A DNA stretch of 64,000 nucleotides from Cyanobacteria bacterium P01_F01_bin.150 (lineage in GTDB: Bacteria; Cyanobacteriota; Cyanobacteriia; CAKZMO01): NCBI GenBank assembly GCA_039189765.1, contig JBCCYL010000002.1, positions 64,001 to 128,000 of the forward strand, written 5' to 3'. Of this stretch, positions 29,193-40,363 are shown piece after piece. The notes under the pieces are model-generated. The model ran no database searches, was not told the origin of the DNA, and was given only the letters and a program-made list of their open reading frames with translations. Position numbers and translations under genes: made by a program. Numbering within the stretch: position 1 is the first letter of the stretch; every line of letters starts with the position of its first letter.

Positions 29193-30179
29193 ATGGTTCT
29201 CTCTTCCCATTGGACGACTCTCGCAACATTTCAAATTCAAGAGTACTTGGAGCAATTAGCTAAAGGTCATGCTTTACAAACTTCTTTTAGCGGTTCTCCT
29301 GAGGAAGACATTTACACTTACGCTAAATATTCATCCTTTTTGCCGACCTCCGATATTTATATTTACGATGAATTAATCTCAACCAATCAAACTTTGTGGG
29401 AATTAATCCAGCAGGGGGCAAAGGCAGGAACAGTGGCGATCGCCCATCAACAATCGGCGGGGAAGGGCCAGTGGGGACGGCAATGGGATTCATCGCTTGG
29501 AGGTCTGTATTTATCGCTTGCCCTAGAGCCTAATCTGCCTGTTCAGCAGTCACCCCATTTAATTCTAAGTACTGTGTGTGGAATAGCCTTAGCACTCCAC
29601 TCCTGTCAACTGCCTGTTGCAATCAAGTGGCCCAATGATCTGGTAGTGGAAATGCCATTGGGGTCTTCATCTTCACTGTATAAATTAGGCGGTATTCTCA
29701 CTGAGACTCACATTAACGATCAAACCATTAATCAGGCGGTTATTGGAATTGGCCTGAATGGAGCAAATCCTGTCCCCGATCCTGGTATCAATTTAATCGA
29801 CCTATGGTCTAAGCTTAGGGGCAATCGACCGCAGCCTCCTCTATTAAATAGTTTGAATGGACTAGCGGCGATCGCCATCTACGGTATTTGTTTTGGTTGG
29901 CACAAATTGCAGAAGGAAGGTATTGGGGCGATTTTGCGTGATTATAACCAACTGCTAGTTTATCGCAATCGCCTAGTTCAAATTGAATGGCAAAGACATT
30001 TGCAATGGGTTCGCATTTTGGGTGTGACAGAAGCAGGATATCTGAGAGTGCGACCCGAAAATGCAGGTAAAAAACTTACAGGAACTTTACCTACTGTCTC
30101 ATCGTCTATAGAGGAAATACAGATCCCTACTGGGACAATTAGGCTTGGATATGACAAGGTTTACAGACGAACAGGCTAG
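29193..30179 (+). CDS. birA: Biotin--[acetyl-CoA carboxylase] ligase
   Basis: STN, QSAGKGQWGRQW, IKWPND, KLGGILTE, IGIGLN. Confidence 0.92.
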   Translation: MVLSSHWTTLATFQIQEYLEQLAKGHALQTSFSGSPEEDIYTYAKYSSFLPTSDIYIYDELISTNQTLWELIQQGAKAGTVAIAHQQSAGKGQWGRQWDSSLGGLYLSLALEPNLPVQQSPHLILSTVCGIALALHSCQLPVAIKWPNDLVVEMPLGSSSSLYKLGGILTETHINDQTINQAVIGIGLNGANPVPDPGINLIDLWSKLRGNRPQPPLLNSLNGLAAIAIYGICFGWHKLQKEGIGAILRDYNQLLVYRNRLVQIEWQRHLQWVRILGVTEAGYLRVRPENAGKKLTGTLPTVSSSIEEIQIPTGTIRLGYDKVYRRTG

Positions 30180-30825
30180 ATCTTGACTTACTGTCGGTAT
30201 CTTCTCTGATTATTACGGGTAGCTCTTGTTCATTACTTTACACTTCATTCTCGATTGGGAATCCTTTCGTAAATTTTTCGAGAATTCCTGTCCGTCAAGG
30301 GTGTAAATCTGCGTAAGCAACGATTTAATTATGTACAGTGTTGATATTCGCTCGTTGCACTGTGTTTTGCGACGTGGAGTAGCCAACCGTACGCCCTCAA
30401 CATGCTTTGTAAGTATGTGTAATGAAGTATCTGAAAACTTTTAGTTGATAGGAAGTTTGGTCAAAACAAGGTTAAATTCAGCACAATCTAAACCTAGTAA
30501 GAGTTATGACCGGGCTTTCAGATACTCTCTAATGATTTCCCCCAATTAATTAAATGCGGTGCAGTAGTGAGAACTGAGATAATAACGTGCTAGATCTAAC
30601 GTTTGAATGCTGGGAAAAGTATTGAAAAGATTATCATCAGATATTCCTAATTTTTATTGAATAGGTGCAAGTCATCTAACTGATAAATATGCTTTTTTTC
30701 CGGGACATCATTTAAGTCGTAATCAGGGACATCGGCGACATTAACAAAACGTAGGGTGCAAGCTCTCAACAGATTTCTCAGAGTTTAGGTGAAAAAATCA
30801 TTTAATACGTTTTAGTGCGACCGCT

Positions 30826-31398
30826 ATGTCAATAGTTAAAAATAATCTTTCAGATGAAGGTATGCTGTGCTTTCTTAAGCGCAACCCATCTTTATCCTCT
30901 GCTCTGTTTGCGGACTGTTCCCATGATATTCAAGAGGTAACTACCATCATCGAGCCTGTGCTAAAGGCTCCTGAACGATGTCAAGCTGCGTCTTGTTATA
31001 TCCAAGCTGTTTCTTTGGGTGCAACCGGTTTTTTGGCAACAAATTTGCATACTCAGGAAAAGAAAAAAGATAATATTGCTGCCACTGAAACGGCATCTAG
31101 TTGGCTTATTGGTAGAGGATCAACCTGTATATTGAATATGCCAGATAGTTCTGTTTCTCGTTGTCATGCCGTCATCAGCCACCATGCGTACATAGGCTTT
31201 TTCCTAACTGATGTTGGCAGTACTAATGGAACCTGGGTGAATGGAGAAAAGCTAAAGCCTCGACATCGTCATACTCTACAGGATGGAGACTTGTTACGCT
31301 TTGGCAGTCTAAAAATTGAGTTGTTTATCAGCGATCGCCAACAGAGGACTCAGCGACCTGGTAATGCAATTTCCTGTCTAACGACAACACCAGGATAA
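30826..31398 (+). CDS. FHA-domain protein
   Basis: LIGR..SVSRCHA..DVGSTNGTWVNG..LQDGDLLRFG. Confidence 0.9.
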   Translation: MSIVKNNLSDEGMLCFLKRNPSLSSALFADCSHDIQEVTTIIEPVLKAPERCQAASCYIQAVSLGATGFLATNLHTQEKKKDNIAATETASSWLIGRGSTCILNMPDSSVSRCHAVISHHAYIGFFLTDVGSTNGTWVNGEKLKPRHRHTLQDGDLLRFGSLKIELFISDRQQRTQRPGNAISCLTTTPG

Positions 31399-31430
31399 TA
31401 AGTAATTGGACACAATTAATTTAATGAAAG

Positions 31431-31465
31431 TTGAGATATGCGCCCCTCCGGGGCGCATATCTCAA
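31431..31465. repeat. Perfect 16-bp-stem hairpin, triloop TCC/GGA; possible terminator
   Basis: TTGAGATATGCGCCCC-TCC-GGGGCGCATATCTCAA between convergent genes. Confidence 0.85.
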
Positions 31466-31549
31466 TAAAAATAATTTTGTCTAGGTGCTTAGTCTGAAGT
31501 GAGATTAGAGTTAGGCCCCAGAATTCTTTAGAAATCCTGAGGCCTAACT

Positions 31550-32446
31550 CTAGTTGCTATCAGTGGTAAAACTTTGTGATGCACTACCCCCATTAGACGA
31601 CGGTGGAGGATTAGATGATGGCGACGATGGTGGTTTATCGTACCCCATTAATTCGGTAGTGGATTCTGTCAGCGCTTTTGGATCCATAAAGACAATCTTG
31701 GCGTTGTTGCTTTGCCCAAGTTGGTAATTGGCATCTACATAGCGCTGTGCGACCAGATAGCGCAATACATCTTGAGCATTTACCGCTTGCCCTCCTAAGC
31801 TGGCACCTAATTGCTCTGCAATCAGACGAGCGGACTCCACCGTTCCTTCTGCTTCTTCAATGGCAGCCTGGCGCCGTCCTTCTGCCTCCAAAATTGCCGC
31901 TCGTTTTTTACTCTCAGCAGCCCGCTCTTGCTCAAGTGAATCCCGTAGAGTTTGGGGGAGGTCAATATTTTGAACTTCCACACGGGTTACTTTTACGCCC
32001 CAGTTCGCAGTTGCCTCATCTAACTGTTGTAAGATAGTGCGGTTGATCTCTTGGCGAGATGAATACATATCCTGCAAGGTCATCGTACCAACCTGCGATC
32101 GGAGAGTGGTCATGGCGATCGCCTCCAGCGCCCCTTCCACATCCTCAACCATATAGTAAGCTTGCTGAAGTTCCAGCATTCGCCAATAGACGATAGCATC
32201 CACTTCCAAATTTACATTGTCTGTGGTGATAGCCTGTTGGGCCGGAAAATCAAGCAGTTTTTCACGGGTAGTCTCAACACAGACAATCTGATCAAGAATT
32301 GGCACAACAAAGTTGACGCCTGGGGTTAATTTTTTATGGTATCGGCCCAAACGTTCCACAATTGCTTCATAACCCTGGGTGATGATGCGTACCGATCCGG
32401 CAATACATCCGACAATTAACAAAACAACAATAAGGAAGGTAATCAT
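31550..32446 (-). CDS. SPFH/stomatin-family (QmcA-like) protein
   Basis: N-terminal TM, IVERLGRY, ITTDNV, WGVKVTRVEV, AESKKRAAILEAEG. Confidence 0.92.
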   Translation of the reverse strand: MITFLIVVLLIVGCIAGSVRIITQGYEAIVERLGRYHKKLTPGVNFVVPILDQIVCVETTREKLLDFPAQQAITTDNVNLEVDAIVYWRMLELQQAYYMVEDVEGALEAIAMTTLRSQVGTMTLQDMYSSRQEINRTILQQLDEATANWGVKVTRVEVQNIDLPQTLRDSLEQERAAESKKRAAILEAEGRRQAAIEEAEGTVESARLIAEQLGASLGGQAVNAQDVLRYLVAQRYVDANYQLGQSNNAKIVFMDPKALTESTTELMGYDKPPSSPSSNPPPSSNGGSASQSFTTDSN

Positions 32447-32482
32447 GACTCGTGTAGGTTAGGGAATGCTCCCTAGATTAGT

Positions 32483-32929
32483 TCAATGTACGCTGTCAGG
32501 GAATCGGGTCGGAATGACAATCAGAGTATTCCCCTGACGCCCTACCACATGGACTTGCTCCCCTACAGGAATAGTAATATCTGAAACCTGGCAACGGGCT
32601 CTCCAAAGCGATCCTTCATAAGCAACTTCTCCTGCATACCCTTGGGGAATTTCCTTCACCACTTCCCCATCACTAACTGGTCGTAGGTCAGTAGACTCCT
32701 TGGGAACCATCCCTCGCAGCAATATAGTAAGAGCCGCAGAGAGAACGCCCCAGATAATAAGCTGTAGAGTAAGCTGCTGAATGGAGATAGCCGCAATCGC
32801 CGTAATAATTGCAGCAAGACCAATGGCTGCAATGCCCGGTTCTCCAATAAACATGCCAAAGAGCAACCCTATCAAACCACCGACTAGCCATATATTATGA
32901 CTCGGTTGATTGGCTAGAAAATCCTCCAA
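32483..32929 (-). CDS. NfeD-like protein (SPFH partner)
   Basis: TM helices then GEVAYEGSLWRAR..VHVVGRQGNTLIV; adjacent to the SPFH gene; TTG start. Confidence 0.88.
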   Translation of the reverse strand: MEDFLANQPSHNIWLVGGLIGLLFGMFIGEPGIAAIGLAAIITAIAAISIQQLTLQLIIWGVLSAALTILLRGMVPKESTDLRPVSDGEVVKEIPQGYAGEVAYEGSLWRARCQVSDITIPVGEQVHVVGRQGNTLIVIPTRFPDSVH

Positions 32930-33225
32930 TTTTTCTTCTCCCTACTAACGCGTCCCGTCATCTGCTATCCATATTAATCAGCCCTATGACCAAAGTGCGC
33001 AAATCTTCGCTCATTTTCAAGCTTTGGCCCAATATATGCAAGTAATCTATAGGGAAGCGATCGCTTATACTAAGCGTATTGGTTTTCTTTTCTTTAGATT
33101 GCGATCGCTTGGGTTCTTTTGATTGGGGGTTAGCATTGGCTATTATTATGCTATCGAGTCTTTCCTCACAGGCTGGATAGCTCTGCCGTAGTTGTTAAGA
33201 ATGCCCTAGACGCAATAGCGTAAAA

Positions 33226-34068
33226 GTGACCTTAAATCATCAGTCTTCTTCAAAGCCTTCCCGTCGTCTTGTCGGTCTACTCCCTGCGGGAGGTAGAGGT
33301 ACGCGGATCTCACCCTTGCCCATGAGCAAAGAACTGTTTCCCATTGGCTTTCAGGAATGGAACCCTCTCCCTGGATTACGACCCAAGGTCGCTTGTCAGT
33401 ATTTACTAGATAATATGCGACAGGCAGGTATTACCGAGGCGTTTATTATTTTACGCCCAGGCAAATGGGATATTCCCGATTACTTGGGGGATGGGTCGTT
33501 TCTAGGGATGAATTTAGCCTACTTAACGATCCACGTCCCCTTTGGTGTGCCTTTTAGTCTTAATCAAGCCTATCCGTTTATTCAAAATTCTACCGTTGCT
33601 ATCGGGTTTCCCGATATTTTGGTTCAGCCCAATAATGCCTACAGCCAATTATTACAGCGGCTGAATCAGACAAAGGCGGATGTCGTGTTGGGCCTTTTTC
33701 CAACCGATCAACCGGAAAAGGTTGGAGTGGTAGATTACGAGCAGAATAGCGGGCGCGTCTCGGGCATTTTTGAAAAATCACCGTTTACCCATTTGCGCTA
33801 CATGTGGGCGATCGCCCTCTGGCAGCCTACCTTTACCGAGTTTCTAAACCAGTTTATTCAAGCTAAATTACAGCAGTTGATTGGAGGGCGATCGCCCCAA
33901 ACCCTCACCGAAATCCCTGCCTACACTGAAGTTCCCATCGGTGACGTTATTCAAGCCGCCATTGAGGATGGACTCCACGTCAATAGCCACCCGTTTGAAT
34001 CCGGAAGTTACCTGGACATTGGCACCCCCGAAAACCTACAGCAAGCTATTCGTGAGCACCTACCCTAG
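33226..34068 (+). CDS. Sugar-phosphate nucleotidyltransferase
   Basis: LLPAGGRGTRISPLPMSKEL, YLDIGTP. Confidence 0.88.
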   Translation: MTLNHQSSSKPSRRLVGLLPAGGRGTRISPLPMSKELFPIGFQEWNPLPGLRPKVACQYLLDNMRQAGITEAFIILRPGKWDIPDYLGDGSFLGMNLAYLTIHVPFGVPFSLNQAYPFIQNSTVAIGFPDILVQPNNAYSQLLQRLNQTKADVVLGLFPTDQPEKVGVVDYEQNSGRVSGIFEKSPFTHLRYMWAIALWQPTFTEFLNQFIQAKLQQLIGGRSPQTLTEIPAYTEVPIGDVIQAAIEDGLHVNSHPFESGSYLDIGTPENLQQAIREHLP

Positions 34069-34109
34069 GGAGTCGCCTCCCCCTGACAAGTTCTTAGTGA
34101 TTGATACCG

Positions 34110-35686
34110 AAGGCGGAGAAACAATCACGGAAATATCCACTGCTTCTATTTCGAACTATGGGAAAAGAGGGCACCTAAACCAATCGGTCTAATTGGAACC
34201 GCCTGATTAGATCGATTGAGCCATGGTGGATTCAAAACTATTCGGCAGCAGGATACTCTTGGCAGATCCTAAAAGGGATGATGCAGTACTGCCGCTATAA
34301 AGATGAGCGGTTAAAGTCGATTATTATTCGCTGGCTGTCAGCTCAGCCTGTAGACGAAGAAGATTTAGAGCGTGTTAAACTCGCGATTGGGAGAACGACT
34401 TAAGCCGTGAAGCCTTCTCGCTGGAGGCGATCGCCGTTCTCAGCAAATTATCGCTTCTAGACGAACCCCTCATTATTATTTTCGATCAGCTTGAAGGATT
34501 AGGTCGGCCCCAAAATCGCATTGTTCTAGAAAATTTTGGAGAAACTGTCAAAGAGCTATTTACCCATGTCCCCAATAGCCTAATTATCTTCAATCTATTT
34601 CCTGATCGCTGGCAACAGATGAGAACAGAAATCTTTGACGGTTCAATCATCGATCGGATTTCGCAATATGTTGTACAGCTTGATCGACCTAATAGTGCCG
34701 TTCTAAAAAATATTCTATGGTGCAGGCTAGATAAAAGTAACTTAAATTTGGAAGATATTTTCAGTAGGCAAGACCTTGATGATATTTTAAATCAACCATC
34801 TATTCGCGCTGTTATTAACCGCGCAGCGTCTTACTATCGGCATAACGTTGAAGGCCTGCCATTACCTTACCCAGCATCAGGCTCAAATCAAGCAAAAGAG
34901 AATCTTAAGGCTTCAACACAGGATAATCTTTCTAGTCGATTAAATAGTATCGAATCATCTCTTTATGAGTTAACAGAACGGATCAAAATTATAGAATACT
35001 TTATTGATAGTAGTTTAAATCAAAAGCCATTATCGAAAAATCCTTCCTCTCTTGATGAAAATATTCCCTTAAGTAGATCTCTAAAAACAGATAGAGATAC
35101 TTGTCTCGATCCAGACATTGAACTAGTCAAGCATTATCTAAAGACCGAGAAGTTATTTTTAACTAAAAAATATAGCGATCCTACTATTATTTCTGCAAGT
35201 GATGATATTGGAAAACTAATAGCCATCGTTTCTGAGTTGCAAACATTTACTGAATTTGATATTCAAGAATTAAGACTGGGAAAAAATCTTGTATTGCCAG
35301 ATCATATATTAATTCAAAAATCAGAACAAGGAAATGTTTTAGGATTTCTTCACGTTGGAGGAAATTCTTTTACTTCTCAACTCAAGAACTTTAATCAGCT
35401 TGTAATCAGCAACAAGAACCTGGATTTTGTTTTGATGCGGGACGAAAGAGAATCCAATATCACTGGCGGAATTGGTAGGCAAGAAATCGAGAAGCTAAAT
35501 CATGCAGAATCAGGGTGCTTTAAGATCCTAAGCCGTGAAGATAGAATACAACTTGAGCTGCTTTATTCTATAATTGTGGCTATCCAAAATAGAGATTTGG
35601 ATATTGATATTGCGAAGGCAATTCAGATATTTGAACAGCAGAATCCTGAATATTGGTTACTTGAAAAGCTAATGTTGAATTCATAG
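34110..35686 (+). pseudogene. Disrupted P-loop NTPase gene (5' truncated, premature stop, frameshift)
   Basis: Frame continues upstream of ORF 34619 as DWENDLSREAFSLEAIAVLSKLSLLDEPLIIIFDQLEG (Walker B-like); frameshift at ~34383; TAA at 34176-34178; no Walker A or start. Confidence 0.7.
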
Positions 35687-36441
35687 CGACTATCCGTTAT
35701 GTACTCCTATGATTATTCTCTAATGCCGTCAATATTGTAACTATTGCTATGTCAAGCTCAATAAGCCTACTCCTGTCTTGGCACAAGATTGCATAATCGC
35801 AAATCTTTGTATGTAAGCTAAACAATGCTCAACCTACGCATTCGTCGTGCCATCATAGAGTGGGAAGGGAGTATTAAATGAAACCAATATCCTTTGAATT
35901 CTGGGTTAAGCTCTCTGATGACCTTGTTAATAGCAAGCACTATCGGGATCATATCTTTGCCATTATGCAGGGTCGAGCGATGATGCATTTTGGATCGCGG
36001 GGGGCGATCGCACCCGATCTTTCGAAGAACCTGGCATCCTATAAAAAAGCCAAATCCCTCTCCCCAGAGTAGAGGTACCCCCTCCTCACCCAAATCGATC
36101 TCCCAGATAAACTTCTGGATCTTGGGTATAGCGTTATGGTGATGGCCTTTTCCGAATTTAACTGATTTATTGAAAGATAATTACCGCAGGTCATTCCTAG
36201 GCTTAAATGTAGTTGAAGATTCCGTTTTTATCTATTCACAACAATAAAAATAAGTAGATAAATGAGTCTTATGATACAGCCTCAAATATTTTTAATAGTT
36301 ATGATAATAGATACTAATTCGCATGTTGCCAAAATTAAGATGAAGCAGAGTTGGTGGTATTGACTAGGCTCTGTGCCTCCACTATTCATCTGAATCGGTA
36401 CCTCAATTTTTAACAGGCATTTATCTATTTGGAGAAGCATT

Positions 36442-36804
36442 ATGAGAAACGCTATAGATCCCTTAGTTCAAGGCATTTCCGGTCAAATTACCTGTCATTA
36501 TGTAAACAGTACAAGCAAACTTCAAATTGTACGTATTGAGAACGTTGCCAACTGGTATTTTGAGCGAGTTGTTTTTCCTGGGCAACACTTAGTGTTTCAG
36601 GCCCTGTCAGAGGCTGTTTTAGAAGTACATACGTCGGAAATGGCAACTACTATTCTTGCCGACCGCATTCCTTGCACTACTTTACGCTACACAGAGGTTT
36701 TAGAACCCCTTCCTCCTTACTATGTTTCCCACTCTGACGGTGATGCTAGTCAAGCAGATGATGAAACATCGCAGTCTAAGACTGTTGATGAAATTGGCTT
36801 TTGA
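36442..36804 (+). CDS. DUF1830-family protein
   Basis: CHYVNSTSKLQIVRIENVANWYFERVVFPGQHLVF..LEVHT. Confidence 0.85.
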   Translation: MRNAIDPLVQGISGQITCHYVNSTSKLQIVRIENVANWYFERVVFPGQHLVFQALSEAVLEVHTSEMATTILADRIPCTTLRYTEVLEPLPPYYVSHSDGDASQADDETSQSKTVDEIGF

Positions 36805-36888
36805 TATCGGGTATTTCAAATGTGTAAGGATATGTAAATATTCGAATATGTTTGAAATAATTAAGTGTCAGCATAGCAAGACTCCGTT

Positions 36889-36927
36889 CAAAAGAACCTT
36901 GGGGACATTAGCCTCGGGGTTCTTTTG
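36889..36927 (+). terminator. Probable intrinsic terminator
   Basis: CAAAAGAACCTTGGGG...CCTCGGGGTTCTTTTG stem ending in a T run. Confidence 0.6.
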
Positions 36928-37122
36928 AGCGATCGCCACACAACTTTTCAAGACTCTTCCACCGACTTTCCACGCAGGTCACTTGAAAAATTGATGGCTC
37001 GTGGCATGACGGCTACCTTACAATGTCTTCGTAGAAACACTGCACTGCGCCACGGTTATTCGTTGAATGTTCTTTGAAGAGCTGTCTCTCCTCTGTGGCC
37101 TTATTGGTTTTGAGATTTAACT

Positions 37123-38565
37123 ATGCGATCGCCATCTTCACAAGCTCAGTCTTCTGCTCAAGCTTATTTACCTATTCCCATTCCATCCTTTGATAGCTTA
37201 AAGCATCGTCGTCAACAGTTAGCCCAAATTTTTCCCCACCCCGTTATCCTCTGGTCCGGAGCCAGTGCCGCACGCAATTTTCCGGCAAATGTATATCCGC
37301 TTAGAAGCAACAGCAACTTTATTTATTTTGCTGGATATCCATTGGAAAATGCAGCCATTCGCTTGGAGGATGGTCACCTTGAACTTTATCTAGATAATCC
37401 GGCTCCAGATAGTGCTCTATGGCATGGTCCTGAACCCTCACGCCATGAAATTGCTGATGCGATTGGAGCTAAGCAGGCTTTTCCCATGGTTGAGCTGAAG
37501 GGACGAGCCGATGGTGCAGCGACGATTTTAGTTCAGGATGGAGCCACGCAGCAGAAACAACGGTCTGTCCTTAACCGTTCGGTGGAGGTAGCTTCCCATG
37601 CTGATGGACTAGATCACGACTTGGTATTGGCGATCGCCTCTCTTCGCCTAACCCATGACGATGATGCCCTCAGCGAAATTCGTAAAGCAGTGTCTATTAC
37701 AATAGAGGCCCATAAAGCTGGCATGAGGGCGACAGGTCAGCAGACCCATGAATCAGGGGTCAGAGCTGCAATAGAGCAAGTGATTCTAGCCCATGATATG
37801 ACCTGCGCGTATAACAGCATTGTGACCGTGCATGGGGAGGTACTGCACAATAATCATTACTATCACTCTATTCAACCAGGGGATTTATTGTTGGCAGATG
37901 TAGGTGCCGAAACCGCATCTGGTTGGGCAGCAGATGTGACCCGAACGTGGCCAGTATCAGGGCGATTTTCGGATAGTCAGCGAGCTATTTATCGAGTGGT
38001 ATTAGAGGCCCATGATGCTTGCATCGCTGCGACTAAACCAGGAGTAGAGTACCGTGAGATTCATATGATAGCGGCACAGGTAATTGCAGAGGGGCTGAAG
38101 GATTTGGGGATTTTACGAGGGAATCCAGAAATACTAGTGGAGCAGGATGCCCATGCCCTATTTTTTCCTCATGGAGTCGGTCATCTGCTAGGGTTAGACG
38201 TTCACGATATGGAAGATTTGGGAGATTTTGCTGGTTATGCACCGGGGCGAACCCGCAGCGATCGCTTTGGTCTCAGCTATCTGCGTCTAGACCGTCCTTT
38301 GCAAGCAGGCATGTTGGTGACCATTGAGCCAGGCTTCTATCAGGTTCCAGCAATCTTAAATCATCCAGAGTGGCGACAGCGTTATCAGGATATGGTCAAT
38401 TGGGAACGACTGGCTGACTTTGCCGATGTGCGGGGCATTCGCATCGAGGATGATGTACTGGTAACGGCAACGGGATATGAGGTGCTGACGCGATCGCTTC
38501 CTACGGGCATCACGGACATTGAGTCTCTAGTTAAGAACTCCGGAACTGCTTCTCTAAAAGGTTAA
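37123..38565 (+). CDS. pepP: Xaa-Pro aminopeptidase (M24B)
   Basis: LLADVGAE, ADVTRT, PHGVGHLLGLDVHD, TIEPG, GIRIEDD. Confidence 0.92.
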   Translation: MRSPSSQAQSSAQAYLPIPIPSFDSLKHRRQQLAQIFPHPVILWSGASAARNFPANVYPLRSNSNFIYFAGYPLENAAIRLEDGHLELYLDNPAPDSALWHGPEPSRHEIADAIGAKQAFPMVELKGRADGAATILVQDGATQQKQRSVLNRSVEVASHADGLDHDLVLAIASLRLTHDDDALSEIRKAVSITIEAHKAGMRATGQQTHESGVRAAIEQVILAHDMTCAYNSIVTVHGEVLHNNHYYHSIQPGDLLLADVGAETASGWAADVTRTWPVSGRFSDSQRAIYRVVLEAHDACIAATKPGVEYREIHMIAAQVIAEGLKDLGILRGNPEILVEQDAHALFFPHGVGHLLGLDVHDMEDLGDFAGYAPGRTRSDRFGLSYLRLDRPLQAGMLVTIEPGFYQVPAILNHPEWRQRYQDMVNWERLADFADVRGIRIEDDVLVTATGYEVLTRSLPTGITDIESLVKNSGTASLKG

Positions 38566-39310
38566 CGATGGCTGCACGGGGCATAAATCGCGGAAGGTTG
38601 ACAATCAGCTGATTAAGGGGGCCGCCATTAACAAGGCTTGGTGCCTCCGCATCCATTGCCTTCAGTGCTTCTTGAACTACGGCATCCGATGTCATCATTT
38701 GGGGAGCCTGATAGCTCATTGTGTCGCTAAAGTTCGCCACCTGAAAGAATTGAGTATCCGTGGGGCCGGGACAAAGGGCCAGAACTTTGATGCCATCGGC
38801 TTTCACTTCCGCCCAGAGGGCTTCACTAAAGCTAAGTACAAAGGCTTTAGTGGCCGCATACACAGATAGATAGGGCATCGGCTGAAAGGCTGCAATTGAG
38901 GCAATATTAATAATGTGACCACTTTTTTGCGTCACCATGTTTGGCAAAAACAAGTGAGTTAAATCGGTCAGAGTCAAAATATTGAGGCGAATCATGTCGA
39001 GCTGTTTGGTGCGATCGCTCTCTCCAAACGCCCCATAATCCCCAAACCCAGCGTTATTAATCAATACATCGACTACTATCCCCAGACTGTTGACCTTTTG
39101 GAAAACAGTACTGGCCCCGTCGGGGTGAGCCAGGTCTTGCACAATAACCTCGGTGCGGATATCGTGCTGGGAGTGAAGGCGCTGGGCGATCGCTTGCAAT
39201 TTATCCTGCGATCGCGCTACTAAAATTAGGTCATTTCCCTTAGCCGCCAGGGTGTTGGCAAAGGCTTCTCCAATACCAGAGGAAGCCCCCGTAATCAGTG
39301 TGGTGGTCAT
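38531..39310 (-). CDS. Short-chain dehydrogenase/reductase
   Basis: TGASSGIG, NNAG, YAATK; 3' end overlaps pepP by 35 bp. Confidence 0.93.
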   Translation of the reverse strand: MTTTLITGASSGIGEAFANTLAAKGNDLILVARSQDKLQAIAQRLHSQHDIRTEVIVQDLAHPDGASTVFQKVNSLGIVVDVLINNAGFGDYGAFGESDRTKQLDMIRLNILTLTDLTHLFLPNMVTQKSGHIINIASIAAFQPMPYLSVYAATKAFVLSFSEALWAEVKADGIKVLALCPGPTDTQFFQVANFSDTMSYQAPQMMTSDAVVQEALKAMDAEAPSLVNGGPLNQLIVNLPRFMPRAAIVNLLEKQFRSS

Positions 39311-39428
39311 ACAGTCTAATGTAAATCTGATCGATACGAGTGTTTATAATCGTTAGACTTTACTGTTACATATTTCCCCATGTCATGCAGAGTAGACATA
39401 AACATAAATGGGGGCGTTAAAGAACTTT

Positions 39429-40223
39429 CTAAAATATGGTCTTAGTGTGAACTTGTCCATTGAGGTTAACAACGGTAACCGATTGTTCTGGAAGGGACTG
39501 CCAAGTTGCATCCATTAGAGGCTCTGAGGCGATTAGAACGCCTTGCTCTTGTTGCAACCAATAGAGGGTTGGGACTGGCTCTTTGTTGGCCGCACGGCTT
39601 ACAATCAAATGGGTACCGGTACTAAGAACCATATTTGCCCCCACCTTCAAATCTAGGGGTTGAGCGAGTTGAAAGATAAATTGAATCATTTGGCTAAGGG
39701 CGATCGCTAGCGATTCTGGGTCATTTGGCGGTCCCCCCAGCTGGTCTAAAAATTGGAGAATAAGCACAAATAGATGTTCGGAGTCTGTTGTGCCATGAAT
39801 AGATTGGTAAAGGCGATCGCACAACTTTTCTCTGATTGGGCGATATAGGGTTTGACGAAAATCTTCAATGTAGCCATTGTGGATTGCCAATAAAGAACCC
39901 GACTTAAAGGGCTGACAATTACCCAAATCAACTGCTAGGCCAGGAGTGGCGCTGCGAACATAAGCCACCATGCAATGGGAATTTACATATCGGGCTAAAT
40001 CCACTAAGTTGATGTCATTCCAAATGGGCAGAATATTTTTATAGCAGAAGGGCTGTGTCGATTGCTCTGTATGATACCAGCCAATGCCAAAACCATCCGC
40101 ATTCAGCAACCCAGCAGTCATTTCTTGGGGCTGATAGCTTTGAACAATTAAAGAATGGGAAGGTTTATATAATAACTCCTCTAAGGGAAGGGGGACGCCC
40201 AAGTAGGCCATCAATCGACACAT
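39429..40223 (-). CDS. egtC: Ergothioneine biosynthesis amidohydrolase EgtC (class II GAT)
   Basis: N-terminal MCRL, SLIVQSYQPQEM..NADGFGIGWY, PIWND, VRSAT, HNG, GTTDSE. Confidence 0.85.
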   Translation of the reverse strand: MCRLMAYLGVPLPLEELLYKPSHSLIVQSYQPQEMTAGLLNADGFGIGWYHTEQSTQPFCYKNILPIWNDINLVDLARYVNSHCMVAYVRSATPGLAVDLGNCQPFKSGSLLAIHNGYIEDFRQTLYRPIREKLCDRLYQSIHGTTDSEHLFVLILQFLDQLGGPPNDPESLAIALSQMIQFIFQLAQPLDLKVGANMVLSTGTHLIVSRAANKEPVPTLYWLQQEQGVLIASEPLMDATWQSLPEQSVTVVNLNGQVHTKTIF

Positions 40224-40363
40224 AATTCGCCTGATTTAATTTGAAAAAGTTTTTTCTAGACCAATGTTAATAACAATCTAACGTCTTGAAGGACGCATTG
40301 GTGAAACTTAATAAAGGGGAGTGCCTTTGCTTAAGGCTAAAGACTACAGGGCGCTACGGGAGT

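Noticed and set aside
35818..36110. 64-aa and 91-aa ORFs after the ATPase pseudogene
   Set aside because: No family recognisable; the 3' part looks like decayed repeat sequence
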